In this document: piece after piece, positions 11,422 to 24,302 of the stretch
How positions within the stretch are numbered: the first letter of the stretch is position 1
Layout: each line of letters starts with the position of its first letter
Origin: Conidiobolus incongruus B7586
Lineage: Eukaryota
Assembly: GCA_000697335.1 (NCBI GenBank)
Contig: JNEM01011231.1
Location: 1-49,924 of the forward strand
Length of the DNA stretch: 49,924 nucleotides
Direction of reading: 5' to 3'
Notes under the pieces: model-generated
The model's database searches: none
Told to the model about the DNA's origin: nothing
The model's input: only the letters and a program-made list of their open reading frames with translations
Translations under genes and position numbers: made by a program

Positions 11422-12228
11422 TTAATGCCTTGGTGGTTGTGGTTGATAAGGAGGTGATACTGACATTCTGTTGTCATCTTTTGAGTAGGTATGACTTTGT
11501 TGACTGGATACCAGCCCACTGTTAGTAGTTCCATGAAGTAAATTACCTGGAGAATTAGGTATCGAACTCGGATCAAGTCTTCCAGTGAGTGAGTTAACCT
11601 CATGCTGAAGTCTGGTATTATCAGCTTCCAGAGTACGCACTTTCTGTTCTAAATCACTGATATAGTTCTTTTTCTTCCTTCGACTCTCTTGTGCGGCCAA
11701 CCTATTTCTAATTAATCTTCTCTGGCGTTTATCTTCATTGGACAACCCCCGCGTACGTGGTTCAAATCGTCCAGGGTTTGATGACGTTGACATAGGACTG
11801 TTGGAACCGCTATCAGCTGGCTTCCTCCCAGGTCTACCAGAATATGGGCTGTTTGCACTCAAAAGATCGCTGTTTCCACTGGGTGAAGGTGTACGATTGT
11901 AATTTGTTGAAGAATCTGAGTAAAGTGGTGAAGAGTTTCCCAAATTAGAGGATTCTTTTAGTGAATTGTCTCTAGGTAATAAATAGTTATGATACGGAGA
12001 AGAATTTTTGAGATTCGGCGAAGTTATAGAGATATCAGGATTGTAAGGGATATCATTATGATCGGGATTGCGAGTCGAGTTATTGTTTGTTTGAGATTGA
12101 GGATTAAAATTAGAACTTGACCTAGAGTAGCTGTCACCAACATCCATTTCAGGCTCTTCTTCATTAAGTAAACCCATTAGAGATTTCCCAACAGGTGCAG
12201 AACTTCTGGAAGAAAACTTTTCACTCAT
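11422..12228 (-). CDS. bZIP transcription factor
   Basis: Basic region KRQRRLIRNRLAAQESRRKKK followed by a leucine heptad LEQKVRTLEADNTRLQHEVNSL; Ser/Asn/Pro-rich N-terminus. Confidence 0.9.
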   Translation of the reverse strand: MSEKFSSRSSAPVGKSLMGLLNEEEPEMDVGDSYSRSSSNFNPQSQTNNNSTRNPDHNDIPYNPDISITSPNLKNSSPYHNYLLPRDNSLKESSNLGNSSPLYSDSSTNYNRTPSPSGNSDLLSANSPYSGRPGRKPADSGSNSPMSTSSNPGRFEPRTRGLSNEDKRQRRLIRNRLAAQESRRKKKNYISDLEQKVRTLEADNTRLQHEVNSLTGRLDPSSIPNSPGNLLHGTTNSGLVSSQQSHTYSKDDNRMSVSPPYQPQPPRH

Positions 12229-14102
12229 ATTTGAATTTTGAAAATTTTGTTAACGATATAAATAGTCCTAAATAGCTAAGCGATAAAAAATATTAGTGGA
12301 TTGTAGTAAGACTATATAGACTAACACTATTAGGGTATTGATAATAAAACAAAAAGGATGAAAACAATTTAATACTAATAAAATATCTAGAATAGTGATA
12401 AAGAATCAAGAATTGATACGCCTAATAGCCAAAAAGTAAATAACAGATTAGTTGAGTACTAAACTAATCCCTTATTTTGAATTTGGTGACATCATATCAA
12501 TTCGATTGTATTTATTCTTGCAAAAATTTTCCTTTTCCTTTTTCATTCAAATGAATTTTAAAAAAATGTTTAATTTTGATTTTCTTAATTACTTCAACTT
12601 CCTTAGGAATTAATCATTATGATCTTCTAGTATCAACTACTAAATTTCAATTAAATATAATATAATTCTAGTAGATCTTGGATGATTAATAGATATTCGT
12701 TAATATATTTTATCTGAATTAATCAATTTTTTACCAATTAGTGATTGCATATTAATGCGGTAATTGGAATATAGTGACCCAAAATTCAATCCATATTAAA
12801 CATTTGGTCAATTTCCTTATTGAGCAAGGTCAGATATGTTAAATATGATATGTATGATGTTATTTTTCTATTAATTATTTCTAATATATGATGTTAATTA
12901 TGAAAACAAATTATTTCAATAATATAAAAAATATAAAATTCCACAAAAACGTCTATTTTTTAGTATTTTGATTAAATTATACTCATATTCAATTTCTAAA
13001 TATTAATTTATCAATAATTCAAGTGAAATAATTTATCAAAAACATCTGTATGATATTGATTTCCTTCATTTTTCAAAATTATTTAATTATGTACAAATAT
13101 AATTTACATTTTAAACCTAATAGATCAACATTGATTATTTCCCATATTATGTTTTACAGATAAATAATCAAATCCTTAACCTTTTCCACCTTCAAAATTA
13201 CGATTTAATTGCGGTGTTAATCAAGAATTGTTTCAATATGATTATCGATTGTATACATATTTATGTGTTATAGTCTTAAAAAGTATATGGAATATTCTTG
13301 AAACTATAAATGATGAAATGTTGTTTTCTAAATCTATGTGAAGTAAAATTGAATATTTATAGTTCAAATGTATTTAGCATATATGAAGAGATTTAATCCT
13401 TGAAATTAAAAAAATAGATCAAGTAAATTAATAAACAATAGGAAATTTCTAATATTAATCACAATTAGAAATTTATGAATATTGATCTTTTAATTAAACT
13501 TGAAAAATAAATCTGTCATTCCTTGATAGGAATTGAAATGGCCAAACATTTTTTAAAATATTTTTAATAAAATTGGAATATATGATAAAAATCCATAAAA
13601 TGCATAATAAATAACGCTGTATCACAGGTCTGAATAATAATAGATTTTTTATTTTTATCCTCATTACATATATATACTTTATATTCATATTGATTGAGGT
13701 TTTTTCAATTATTAAGAAATAATCCATGTACACTGGATATTACTTTAAATTCATTTGATATATCATATTTTGTGATAAAATTTAAGTTAAAAGAAAATAA
13801 ATTTAGATATAGTGATTTTTCAACTAAAGTTTATTTTGTTTTTTATAAACCCATTACTATATTTATTAACTAATAACCATTTAATAAATATTGATTTTAA
13901 TATAATAAAATCCCATAATTTTCCAATTTGGTTTCATTTATATTAAATATTAAAATCAAGCTATAGTTTGAATTAAAAATTAAATTTATTGATCAAATAA
14001 TAAACCTCAATCAATCAATTTATTGAAATACTTCATCTGTATTTTATTAATTAACTTAAAATTTATTTGATACACATATTCCTATATTTAAAGTAAGGCA
14101 AA

Positions 14103-14615
14103 ATGAGTGAACAGTCACAAGAAAATCAACCTATTAGAAGTAATAGAAAAGTGAAATTTATTTTTGGTGATGAAGATTCCACAGTATCTAGAAGTGCTTC
14201 CCTAAGTTCACCGATTAAACAATCCAACAACTTTTCCGAAACTCCATTTCCCAATACTCTCGTTTCTGGCGATTCTAATCACGAATCAAATCTTCCTTCT
14301 CCTTTGCCTATTTCGGTCACTGCAAGCAACCAAACTTCGTCCCAATTTAGTAATTTACTCACGCCTATCCAGCCTGCATCCTCCCAATCTACTAACCATA
14401 CTGACGAGACGCCGTTGGTGAGTAGAACACAGAGAAAGCTCATGCTTCAGAGAGAATATTCAATGGCGAGTGAAGAAGGAAATGACACACTAGACATAGG
14501 CCATCTCAACAAAGAACTGGACAGGGCGCATAAGGAGTATGCATGGATCCGAAAGCATTACGATCCCATTGGCGATAGTTTAAATCGGTTGAATCAATTA
14601 AGACGAAATGTGTAA
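14103..14615 (+). CDS. Short protein with Tco89 (TORC1 subunit)-like C-terminal motifs
   Basis: SRTQRKLMLQRE and KELDRAHKEYAWIRKHYDPIGDSLNRL resemble the two conserved blocks of fungal Tco89 (recalled, not searched); Ser/Pro-rich disordered N-terminus. Confidence 0.7.
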   Translation: MSEQSQENQPIRSNRKVKFIFGDEDSTVSRSASLSSPIKQSNNFSETPFPNTLVSGDSNHESNLPSPLPISVTASNQTSSQFSNLLTPIQPASSQSTNHTDETPLVSRTQRKLMLQREYSMASEEGNDTLDIGHLNKELDRAHKEYAWIRKHYDPIGDSLNRLNQLRRNV

Positions 14616-15308
14616 ATTATCAGTGTATTTTAATTTTTGCTCTCAATTGTCTAATAAATTCAATGTTAACTATCCTTTTATTTAATTTATGTCATTATTT
14701 TAAGGTAATGGTAATTCTTCATTTTTTTTAATTCTTATATATAAGTTTTTTATACTAACGAAGTATTAGTATACTTGAAAAACCAAGATAATTAATGTTG
14801 AAATTTTATTTGAATTCTTATATGGTACATTGATATATATTATAATAATATCAATTTTTCTTTAATATGATGAATTATTCTTCTGAATCTGCTATATTGA
14901 ATATTGAGACCTTATTATCCATTCTTTTCTCTTTTTTAATATATAAATATATTTAATATTTTTAATATTTTTAATAATACATGCTAAAATTTAAAATTCA
15001 TCATTTGATTTAATTATATTTTTAAAAATATTAAGAACTAAGTTTATTAATTTATTCATTATATTAATATTTTTTCATTAATACATAAGGAAATTATCTT
15101 TTGAATATTGAAATATATGGAATTGTATTAAAAAAAGTATCTGCAAAGATTGCCACCAAATTGATTTTATTTAAATATAAAATTCAATCAAATCCAAGTG
15201 ATACTATGCAATATTAAAATTATCTTTTGTATAAAAAATGCCATATATTAAGGTTATTCAATTAAAAAGTGGAAAACACACAATAATTCCAAAAAAATAG
15301 AATGTAAA

Positions 15309-16845
15309 ATGGATATTGAATTTAGTTAAAGGAATATGCTTCCTGTTTTTCAAAATATGATTATATTAAATAAAATTTTAATATAATTGAGTTCAACAGG
15401 TAAACAAAATTCATAGGCTTGTCTGCAGCCATTATTAATCAAATATTAGATTATTTAGACTTTCATTCTTTGACATAAGTTCAACTATGATGCAAACCCA
15501 TTCAAAAGTGCTGTTTACTAGGAATATAGAACCAGATCAACTTAATAACGATATCTCCAAGTATTTAATTTGAATCAAAGGCAGACATATTGATAGAGAA
15601 GTATTAAGATATTGCAATATGTTATTAATACCCAACTAACAATGTATTCAGTCTGATTTGTGTCAATTGAATAATATCAGGCGTTTGTTTAATGCTCAAC
15701 CAATGGAGCATCTTGCAATTTACACAAGCTTCATTGAAATAATACCCAACTTAACATCTGTTGGATGGCTAACGACTGCCTATTTAAATCATCAATTATT
15801 CAATCTGTATCAATTCAAATGTCTGCAGCATGTAGGTATAATGGGAAATATAAGCCAAATAAAATATCTAATCAAAAGTTTGTTCGAATTTAAGCTAAAT
15901 TTAAGTTCATTTCCAATAGCTACCAATACTATTCAATTTATTCTATGTTACCTTGTATCTCATTAATTAATTCTCAAGCAATCTAAAATTTTGGATAATG
16001 GCAAGTTAAGCTTAGAACTCACTGAAGAAGGATTGAACAATAATCAAATAACACTTCAAGGATTTGAGCTGATGGAGAATTTGAAGCATGTCGAATTTGA
16101 GTAATCAATATATTTGACAATTTACAAAAGTTTAGCCATTTCAACGATCTCATGCTATTTCCTCCAAAGCTAGCCTTGAATATATTTAATTTAGCCGGCA
16201 CTGTTGAAAGCTTTCAATTCCCAACTGATAGCTGGAATACTCTCGATCATTTTGTGAAGCCGTAATATTTCAATGCTTTTAGAGTTCGAATTCGGATTTT
16301 ATTACAATTAAAGATCAAGCAGGTTTGCTCAGGTTTCCAAATCTTGTCAAGTTGTCTTAAAAATTCTTTGAACTGGATCAAGCTTTGTTAAGTGATTTGA
16401 AGTATTTGAAAGTCCTTAAACTGGGATACTTTGGAAGGAATCGAATTGAGTTCAAATTAGAATTTATTCCAATTAAATCCTCAACGCATCTAGAATTAAT
16501 GAATGGAACGGATAATCCACGCATGATATCAGCACTCAACCAATGGATGCCCAACCTCGAGCACTTCGCATGTAGTTATTTCGATTTCCACTAGTCCGAA
16601 ATTCACAAATCTTTCAAATATTTCATCATTAAACACTTCAAAATCTTAGGCTCACTCAAATACCAAATTTTAATCCTGAAAAAACTTAAAAAATTGAAAC
16701 TGCTTCAGTTTGTTGGCAGAGTGATTAATAAAAAACCTTAATCAAGTGTCTACCGTTGTTCGGTGATATTCAAGTTGAGAGAGTGGTATCAGCAGATATT
16801 AGAATGGAAAATTATGAAATCCCTTTAAATTTTATGCACCAATAA
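15309..16845 (+). pseudogene. Fragmented LRR-type (possibly F-box/LRR) gene
   Basis: Coding-like composition over ~1.5 kb, with ORF pieces carrying LRR-like words (IPNLTSV, FPNLVKLS*, LKYLKVLKL, MPNLEHF) broken by stops and frameshifts. Confidence 0.45.
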
Positions 16846-17301
16846 AAATTAATAATATTGATAGAAATAAAATAAAAGTTAGATATATATTTGATATATT
16901 AAGGTTTACGATAATTGCTGTTCTAATGCTATTGTCATTAGAATCTGCTATTTTAACAAATTAACCACATATTTTCAGTAATGTGAAATTTTTTTTCAAA
17001 AATAACTCATTTACAGGTATTGTTTATTAAACCTTTATTGAAATATAATTACTTGGATTATGTTAATTATACAAAAGAATTAAATTTGTAAGTAGTATAG
17101 ATATTAATATTTTATATAGCTGAAATGAAGAATGAATTAGATCAAAATTGATAAAACTGGGATATTCAAAATTGGCTGATTTTAATTAATAAGTGATAAT
17201 ACCATCTATAATCAATCAAAATAATAAATATCTTGGTATATTTCAGCTTGGTATGAATTATATTATCAATTTAAATAGGGTAGAGATGTAATAAGTTAGA
17301 A

Positions 17302-18738
17302 TCAAAATTTGAGTTTAATTGATAAAGCTTTGATAAATTTGATATTAGAACTTAATTGACAATTCAAGTGTAGTATGATTTCAAAAACATCACTCTCAAA
17401 TTTTTTGAAGCTTTTAATCCCTGGACAATACAAGAAATAACGATAATAATCAGTTAACATAAAGTGGTTTTTCAATTGATAAGGGGGATAATCTGCCAGA
17501 CTGTGCAAAACCTCCTCACTAAGCCCTAGAATGAGACGGGCAAGGTCATCCACTTGAGATAAATATAAAAGGATATTTTCCTCAACTCGTTTCTTTACAG
17601 TGGTCGCATTTATGATCATCTACCAGATTTTTAAACCGTGTCTAAGTTGTTGGACAAAAATCAGAAATGTACTATATACATGATCCTGTATAGTCGTTAA
17701 TTTTAAATCTATTTTTTTATTCTTATGTCTAAATATCTTCGTATGAAATGTAATAACTATCTGGGCTCTCATCAACGTATGCAGAAACAGGTTTTGCAAG
17801 AGCAACAAACATTGCTAATATATATATCCCATCTCTGCATGCTTGAAAGACACTACATTTACTCCTTCCTCATCGTCATCCGGCTCAATAACTTTATTAT
17901 CCTTAGTTGTAGCAATTATAGACAAATTATCATTCTTTCTGTCAAGATTCGAAATTATTTTCGAAACATTTGCTTTATCTTCAATATTGATAATGTTAAA
18001 CTTTAAACAGTCATCTACTCTTAAATAACAATACAATAGTTTATTGATGTCAAATCCTTTTTCAACATATACATTAATTCCTACAAACTCTTGAGGAGCT
18101 ATATAATCCTCTATGTGTGAATCCATGTTTATACCAGACTTTAGATCACGAATAAGCGATCTAGAGATAGTTCTGTAGTAAATCTCTATCTCATCTTTAT
18201 TTTTAGTGTTTATTATTTTCAATATTTTCCAGTCAGTATCATGAACTATAAAATATTCTTTTGATGCATCTTCATATTTTATTCTTTGGATTTCGGTTTT
18301 GTAATTTTCTGATAATTCATCAACATAGAAGACTTTAGTATCTTCGTCCAAAAACGATAACCTTCTATATAAACCATAGAGCTTAATATACTCTTTGCAA
18401 CAATCATAAACATCTTGCTTAATAAAAACAGGTAATAGAGGTTTATTTTTTTTTCTTTAGATACCACATCTTTGTATAAGCAATCATAGTTTGCTTCTTT
18501 TGTTCTAAGTACATGATTTTCAAAAGATCGTTTCACATCTATATACTTTTTTCTAGTTTCAGGGTTGTTTACAACTATTCTATCTTTCAAAATTACAACA
18601 TAATGATAATCATCCTTTTCAAGAACAACCTTGAGCTCGTCATCATTTAAATAAATCGGCTTATATTCGTTTACAAGATGACCGAAGTATGTCTCAGTAA
18701 GAGGAAAGTTAATGAATTTATGAATGTATATTAGACAT
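17302..18738 (-). pseudogene. Intronless ~470-codon orphan ORF disrupted by frameshifts and stops; origin unknown (possibly viral)
   Basis: ORF pieces 18279-18590, 17815-18351, 17620-17808 and 17302-17619 abut or overlap on the same strand and read as one K/D/E/I/Y-rich protein. The last two are separated only by one TAG. No introns. Confidence 0.55.
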
Positions 18739-19357
18739 TTTTAATTTTCAATCTATTAATTTGTCACATTATTTGTATATCTGAGTTGCAATTTTCATTT
18801 ATTTTAATATGGGTATGGTGAAATAGTATTGTTTTGGAAGGGATATTACATTTAACGTGACTTAAACTCCAAATTTCAAGTAAAACAATAAATAATTCTA
18901 AATATTATTTGAGAAGAATATTAAAATGTATTCAAGAGAAAATGATACATTGAAATTATATAATAAGGTATGGTATTACTACAAAGTTATAATATATGAC
19001 CATAGTTGCAATTATTCAGTATATTTATTATTTGTGATTTAATTTTGACAGTAGATTTGATAAACTTCATACACGGATTGAAAGAGAAACAGAGATTAAT
19101 TTACAAAAATTATCTAATCAAGTTATACATAAAATAATGCAAATTGATGCGAATATATTATCTGTATTGAATCAAACTGAACCACAATTATGATATAGAT
19201 TGAATTTGATAAGAAAATGGACTTTTTTCGAAAACCCATTAATTTTTGATCAATGATTGAATTAATAAATAGATAAAAAAGCAACGATACAATTTTAAAC
19301 TCCTTTAAATCAAAAGCTTATTCAATTAACAATAATAGTTATTATTAAAATATCATA

Positions 19358-21393
19358 ATGTTAGACTATTTTACCATCTTAACTACTGGAGGTATTGTAT
19401 TATTTCATTTAGATTTTATTCCACCCCAGCAAAATTCTATTCAAGGAAACGATGAATTGAATAAATTAGGAAACACTAAACAGGTGAACCCGGTTTATCA
19501 AACAAGTATTAATCAGTTAATTTTACAAATTTTTAACTCTGGTAAAATCAGTTTAAAGAGTTGGAGCTTTAATGGGTTGAAACTGGAGTGGATTTTGGAA
19601 AATGAACTCAATTTGATCTTTGTGGTAAATCTCCATTTTTCTATCATCTAATTTAACTTTATTTATTTTTATCGAAATAGGCAGTTTATCAAAATATTTT
19701 ACAACTTACATACGTTGAAGAGTTACTAAGGGTTGTTAAACAAGTTTTTATTCAACAATATAGGGAACAGATTGAACAATTTTTAAATCCTAATTTATTA
19801 AAACACTTTAACACTTCTGATTTATCACAATTTGAACCTAATTTTAAGAAGATATTGAAGAGTTTAGAATTTCAAAATTCTAAGCAGCCAAAACAACCTA
19901 GAAAATTTGAGCAGACTAGAAAATTCCAAGAGAGTTTGAAGGGTGGTAACAGTGAAAAAATTCAGTTGAAGCAAGGTTCGAACGGCGGAGCTAGTGGTAC
20001 CGATATAGGGAGTGAAAGTGTTGAAGATTTGGCACAAAAGTTCAAGTTCACTCAGGGTAAGAAAGCACCTCGCAAATTCCAGCCCAAGAATAAAGAAAAT
20101 AAAGATGGTGAAGAATCAACCAACAAAAAGGCTTCCAGAACTTGGGATGATGGTAAAGTGACTAAGAAGCAGATGGAACTCTTAGACTATAGTGACGACA
20201 AGCATTTGTCTTCCCAAGCAACCACTCCTAACAACGAAAGTGATGAAGATTATCGAGATCACTCCGATAAATACCAATTAAATCAAGGATTATACGATTT
20301 ACAAGAATTTTCCAATTATAAAGTTGCTACGCCTCAAAAATCAGCTTTCACCAATATTTTCAACACTCTTACAGGCCAAAAGGAACTCAGCGATGAAAAT
20401 CTTGCCCCAGTCCTCAAGCAATTACAAGAGCATTTAGTCCAAAAAAACGTTGCTTCTGAAATCGCACAGCAACTGTGCGAATCTGTTCAATCCAATCTCG
20501 TCGGTACAAAACTTGGTGCTTTTCAATCAATCCATTCAGTTTGTAAAAACGCCTTACACGAAAGTTTAACACGTATTCTCTCACCTGGTACTAGTCTTGA
20601 TCTATTGAAAGATATCCAACGTGCAAACAAACAGGAGCAACGTCCTTATGTCATCACCTTTATTGGTGTCAACGGAGTTGGCAAATCTACCAACCTGAGT
20701 AAGGTATGCTTCTGGCTGCTACAGAACAAGAAGAAGGTGCTGATCGCTGCTTGTGATACTTTCCGTTCTGGAGCTGTCGAACAATTAAGAGTACATGCTA
20801 CTAATTTACTCAAAGTTCACCAATCCGGTCAAGTTGCTCTTTTCGAACGTGGTTACGGCAAGGACTCAGCAACTATCGCCAAAGATGCCATCAAATATGC
20901 CAAGGATAATGGATTCGACGTAGTTATGGTAGATACCGCAGGGCGAATGCAGAATAACGAACCCTTAATGAAATCTTTAGCAAAGGTAGCTATACTTAGT
21001 TTGAAATATATTTACATTAACCTTGAAATATTTATAGCTGGTTACTTTAAATCAACCCGACAAAGTGTTATTCGTAGGAGAAGCTCTTGTTGGCAACGAA
21101 GCAGTCGATCAATTAAAAGGATTTAATCAAGCTTTAGAAAATTTCTCGGGAACTTACCAACCTCGCAAAATTGATGGTATTATTTTAACTAAATTTGATA
21201 CCATTGATGACAAGGTAATTCCTATTATAAAACTCTCCTTTAAAACTGTGTACTAATTTCATTTCAGGTTGGAGCTGCACTCTCTATGACATACACTTCT
21301 GGAGCACCTATTTTATTCGTAGGAACTGGTCAAACTTATACTGATTTGAAACGTATGAGCGTCGAAATTATTGTTAACACCTTACTTAATTAG
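19358..21393 (+). CDS. SRP101: Signal recognition particle receptor alpha subunit
   Basis: N-terminal longin start [16 protein letters not shown]; GTPase motifs [42 protein letters not shown] and GTGQTYTDL; three short introns. Confidence 0.95.
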
Positions 21394-21702
21394 TATATTG
21401 TGATTTTTATTTCTTATTATTAAATAGCAGCATATTATTACATTTATTCAATTTAATATTTCAATTTGCCAATTTTACTAAGTTTAAAATCTGGAATTTT
21501 GCTTTGAATCAAGTTGTAATTTGATGAATTATGATTGAATGATCATTATATATAACATGATATTTATTATAAAATATTAATAATAATTGATAAATTCTAA
21601 TTATTTATTCTAGTTTATCATCTAGTATAATTGCTAATAACGTGTTTTTGGTTTAAATTTAGTGATATTTAAGTTAAATCTATAAAATAAATAATATAAA
21701 AT

Positions 21703-22768
21703 CTATTGATCTTCCAAATCATCGTCATCACTATCCTCTTTAGCTGAATCTGGCTGCTTTCTTTTAATACCAGGTTTTTGTTTAGAGGGTTTTTCAATAT
21801 TTTGCGAGCCTTCCAAAACAAAGACATACGTCTTGGGTTTCTTGCTAACAATTTCGTCGTTCTCTCCTTTGACGAGCTTTTCCAACCTTCCCAACGTTCT
21901 TCTATGTTCGTAACCAGGGTAGAGATTACAATTGAAAGGAAAGCATTCTTTGAGTATAAATCCACATTGAGTTGCTAGGGAACACACTTTCCAGCTATCG
22001 TATGGTTCCCCCGACTTGAGGGTGATAAGAACTTGACCAGATTTGGATAAAAATTGAGGCACTGATTTGAAGAAACCGAGAAGTAAATTTTGATTGGATT
22101 TGATGTTATGGATTTGGGATTTTATACCCTTGCCTAAATTCAAAAATATGATCAATTACTGAGTTTCGGAGTTCCAATATTTGTAATATTACCAGCATGA
22201 GGAAAATTAAAGACTACTTTGTCAAACTCAACAGTACTCGTATTCCTTCTATTGTCGCTATTAGTTTGATATTCACTTCCTTTACGCTCATTAATCGCTT
22301 TTAACAACAATTTCCTGGAACGCTGCAAATTCGTAGCATCGATAGAGTGCAATATATTGACATCCATATCTTTGAGCTGATTCAAGATGCTGACCACTTC
22401 TTCACCATATTTGGCTTCCAACTCTTCTTCAGTATCGAAACTTGTAGCATACAAATTGGTACTATCCACGAACTTGTTAGCTAAGGCCAGAGCAAAACTG
22501 AAATTGCCTAAATTTTGGGTAATTATATTTAGTAATAAATTAGTGAAATAAATAAAGATAACGTACCTTCACCCAATAATAAGGTTTTCTCGTTATCAGA
22601 ATAGGGATCTTTAGCGTGCTTTAATCTCTCCTTCTCCTTCTCCTGCTTGGATATTACTGGCTGATTCTTGAGTTGGTTATTAGGCTGCTTTTTAGGCTTA
22701 TTTAAATTGTGTTTGTGTTGTAAATTGGTTAATCTTTGATTCAATTTTAATTTTTTAGTTTTAGTCAT
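21703..22768 (-). CDS. BMT5: 25S rRNA (uridine-N3) methyltransferase Bmt5-like (DUF2431)
   Basis: LLLGEG|NFSFA, ATSFD, IDAT, VVFNFPHAG, NQNLLLGFF, VLITLKSGEPYDSW and YPGYEHRRT motifs across 3 exons. Confidence 0.9.
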
Positions 22769-23390
22769 TGTTTTAATATTAGATATTTTTTGATTAAATT
22801 TAAGGTTTCAAAACTATTAATAATTTGTTTTAAGTTTGAATTTTTGTGGGAATACTTCTGTTAATAAGAATCTTAACTATAAACTCAAATAGTTACTTAT
22901 TTCTGAAAAACTATCAAGTATTATATTATATTTAAAATAATCTATATTCTGATATTTTCATAATTATATTTATCATGATATTTTTAATTTTTTCTTTATC
23001 TTATATTTCAATAATAGTTAAAACATCATTTAATGTCAAATGAATATTAAAAATAGGTATTGACAATAAATTGAGTAATTTATTAATAGAAAAATTTCTC
23101 AGAATAAATATAATGATTTATAAATATTAATTATGTACAATAATTATTTTCGTCATAAATTTATTAGAGGCATTGTAAAGAGAATAGTAGGAAAGATTTG
23201 ATAAAATAAATCATATATACTATATTAAATAATAGATATGTTAAATTATTAAAAAATAAATTTGAAAAATATATATCACAGGAAAGATCGAAATGTTATT
23301 TAAAATCAAATAAATTGATAAAAAGATTAGAATTCAAAATCGTAACTTTAAAAAATGATATCTATATTCAATAACATTTTCAGGAATATG

Positions 23391-23463
23391 GCCTCCTTGG
23401 CTCAGTTGGCAGAGCGTCCGCCTAGTAAGCGGAAGGTCACCAGTTCGATTCTGGTAGAAGGCA
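23391..23463 (+). tRNA. tRNA-Thr(AGT)
   Basis: Cloverleaf: D-arm GCTC/GAGC, anticodon stem TCCGC/GCGGA with loop CT-AGT-AA, T-arm ACCAG-TTCGATT-CTGGT. One C:A mismatch in the acceptor stem; T-run terminator ~10 nt downstream. Confidence 0.93.
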
Positions 23464-24302
23464 TTGATGATCTTTTTTTATTCCACTAATCTTTTTATTT
23501 TTCTTTTTCATTTATTTATAGTTTTAGTTTTTTATCTTTTTTTTTGTAATATATAAGTGTCTATAATATCTAATTTTAAATATTCTATTAATTTTCAATT
23601 TCTATCAATCACTTAAAATATTAGTTTGATACTTTGATTTTCATTAGTTTCGCATATTAGTCTATTAAATAATGCAAAATCCTTATTTAACTTAATTAGA
23701 TGCAATTCCATTAATACATAAAGAATTTAGTTCATTAAATCAATAAATTGCTCTAGCGAAATAAAAATAATAATAGCGCAGAATATTTTAAGACTCTTTA
23801 ACTTGTTAAATATATGTTCAATTTTACGAATAATTTTATAAAATCTATAGTATCTGTAAAATTAATCAATATGAAAAAATCTTCAAATTTGTGATTCGAA
23901 TCCAGTCTTGAACTTTGCATTTTTATTGGAATTGGCTAATATATAGTTAATATCAATATTAAATAATACAAATAACTCGTGGATATTTAATTGATTTGAT
24001 ATCAACTATATTTTTTTACAATCAGAAATACAATCATTTTAGATTTTAAAGATAATCAACTTAAATCTTTTTGAAATAGATGATTAGTATAGTTTATAAA
24101 TCACTCAGTTTATTGATTCTGAAAAAAATTACCTTTAAATTTGAGAGTATTATGATCAATTAATAAAATTTGAATCTAATTGATAAAATATCGCATTAAT
24201 AGCATCTTGATACAAAGTGATAACTAAATACAAAATATTATAAAAACAGTTTATTATACTTAGAGATTAGATACACAATATAAAAATTCATATTATACGG
24301 AA

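Noticed and set aside
23290..23381. Short inverted repeat (AAATGTTATT/AATAACATTT) upstream of tRNA-Thr as an LTR or MITE end
   Set aside because: AT-only 10-mer with no TSD; likely chance.
23890..23910. GATTCGAATCC resembling a tRNA T-arm/B box
   Set aside because: No cloverleaf or A box around it.
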